DNA of 64,000 nt from Eledone cirrhosa (Eukaryota). The DNA lies in the NCBI GenBank assembly GCA_964016885.1, contig OZ024743.1, positions 100,130,001 through 100,194,000 of the forward strand, written 5' to 3'. Below the pieces are notes generated by a model that did not search any database, had not been told where the DNA came from, and saw only the letters and a list, made by a program, of their open reading frames with translations. Positions 61,901 to 64,000 of the stretch are shown piece by piece (position 1 is the stretch's first letter; every line of letters starts with the position of its first letter). Position numbers and translations under genes: made by a program.

Positions 61901-63532
61901 TAAGAATCATTCTGAAATAAGATTATTTCAGACTTACCCTGCACAATATAGTTATACAGACAGCATTAACACTTCAGTGTTTTAGTCATTTATATTTTTA
62001 TACTCCCGATGTACATAAAGATTGATGAGTTTGGATAAGTTGGCGTAGAGGAAATAAGTCTGACATTTCAGAACTACTGAAGTAATCAGCTGGGTGAAAG
62101 ATTATCAATGATTTCCAACTATGTGTATCTAAAAACACTACTATGTCACTTTTGAACGTAAAATAATATATATTTCCTTTTCAATAGATTTTTAGACACA
62201 GTGGTATGTAGGCACTCGTCCAACTAGAAATAATAGCCAAATCTTCCTCATATTACAAATTACTGTTTCATAAAGGAAAGGGATATTATAAACATCATAG
62301 TCCTGGACACAGTATTACTGATTTAACACAAGATGATCAAATGCTGGAATATCTTTGATCATAATTGTTGACTCAGGGCAGTCCTGGGGCTAAACAACTC
62401 GCCGAACACTGCCCCAAACAATGATTTATTTGTATACTGTTATCAGAGGATAGGATACAGACGACTGAATTTAGAATAGTATATAACAGGTATTTGTACT
62501 AGCGATCTCGGAAGGATGCAAGGTAAACTTGACTCTGGCGGAATGAACTACATTCAACTCCAACGTTGAGTGTTCCAGTTGTTTGATCAACCGGGGAGCC
62601 TGCTCATGAAATTAATGTGTAAATGGCTGAGCATTCCACAGACGTGTGTATTCTTAACGTAATTCTCAGGGAGATTCAACGTGACAATGTGTGACGAGCT
62701 TCCAAACAGTTTACACTTACCCAAATTCACTCACAAAGCATGGGTTGACTTGAGGCCATGGTAAATGGCACTTGCCTAAGACTCCACGCAGTGGGGTTGA
62801 ACCTAATGATGCGAGGCGAACTTCTTAACCATTCTGCCATGCTGTCCACTGTGGTTGGCTAAATTACTATACAGTATTTAGTGTGACACTCCCTATTTCT
62901 GACGACTCACCCGTACTTTGACATTAAAAACAATTTAGAAACCTAGCGAGGTAACTGGTTATGAGTAACATGAATTATTGCCCCGCCCTATCATAGAAAT
63001 TGTGAAATGGCAATTTTACTTATTAAGTAATCATTAAAAAAAAAATATTCAAGATTTTAACTTCAGTAAACTACAAGAAAAGTTGGTACACAGTGCCAAA
63101 TCTATCAAAATAACAACAATAAATATAGGTAGATGTTTTCACCATTACCTCAATTCAAATAAAATTGAAGGTTTAGAAAATCTATTCCTTTGAAGGGAAA
63201 TTATATAAAAACCAACTTTGATGTAATTTTAATACAAACGAGATATCAACAAAAACTGAATAAGACTTAGTTTAGAAAATAATGTAAGAGGGGTTAAAAA
63301 CAACAACAACAATAATAATAATACATTAAGAGTGAGAAATTAGACGTTACAATTAATAGCAGATCTTTAATTGAAATTAGAATAATTAAAGATAATGACA
63401 ACTTAACTTGAGTAAGGGTAAACAAATATTTGTGAGACATGTTTACAAGTACTTGCATTGCCAAGTACTTGTATAAAGATAGTAAGAAACAGAAATAACA
63501 TAACGTCTGCTGATATCTTAAGAAAAGGATAC

Positions 63533-63548
63533 TTTCCATGTTCGACAT
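63533..63548 (-). CDS. CHMP1B: CHMP1B-like ESCRT-III subunit, coding exon 1 (MSNME + first base of K)
   Basis: Minus strand reads cacaATGTCGAACATGGAAA|gtatcc. MSNMEK matches the CHMP1B N-terminus, and the phase-1 donor joins exon 2 (A+AG = Lys). Confidence 0.85.
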
Positions 63549-63942
63549 TGTGAAAGGTTAATATATAGATGTTAGACGAGAAAAAATAATTCCAAGTATT
63601 ATTAAAGTACTTTGATAATTGTTTCTACTATTGGCGTACTTTGATAATGTTTGACTAATTTACTCGAGTTAGTGACGTAATAGCAAAGCTAGGAAATTAT
63701 TTTCAGCCTCCTTTTTCTGGCGTGTGTGTGTGTATATATATATATATTTTAACTTTAATTATATCTCATAAAATAATACAACTGGCTTTCCACAAAATAC
63801 ATATAGTTAGCACCCCAAACACTTAAATTGGGTTATACTAACATATAACCTAATGTTTGTTGAGTGAGATGGTTACCAATCGGAGTTTAGCGTTAAGCTA
63901 TCTCTGTTATTGTATTAAATATTATATATATATATATATATA

Positions 63943-64000
63943 GGGTGAATTGGCAGTATCGGTAGAGGGTCAGACGCCATGCTTTCCAGCATAGTTACGT
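63943..64000 (+). mobile_element. SINE family A 5' end (runs off the window)
   Basis: ttggcagtatcggtagagggtc.gacgccatgcttt matches the head at 27560. Confidence 0.78.

Overview
AT-rich, repeat-dominated animal genomic DNA. The repeat repertoire suggests a cephalopod/octopod genome, but that is inference. I can support one host protein-coding gene: a 7-coding-exon CHMP1B-like ESCRT-III gene on the minus strand (CDS 63548 down to 48468, 609 nt, 202 aa, all introns GT-AG). The rest is mobile DNA and tandem repeats: RTE, CR1 and CRE-like non-LTR retrotransposons, two Penelope-like elements (RT + C-terminal GIY-YIG), tRNA-type SINEs, TTAA-flanked piggyBac-like MITEs, a mariner fragment, a Helitron-like element, and micro/minisatellites. 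The strongest signal not shown by the ORF track is 11 hammerhead ribozyme motifs with complete cores, from about 8 sequence families. Nearly all lie in modules inserted in (TA)n tracts, often as fold-back duplications, and each has a palindromic helix/loop III. One is in a 312-bp non-coding unit with a 42-bp terminal direct repeat, as expected for a retrozyme-like circular RNA. Other notable items are a TSD-flanked palindromic SINE hairpin next to the last CHMP1 exon, inverted repeats bracketing CHMP1 exons 3-5, and a 25-bp minisatellite whose minus strand is an array of let-7 seed sites. Structures were read by eye; no folding or database search was run.
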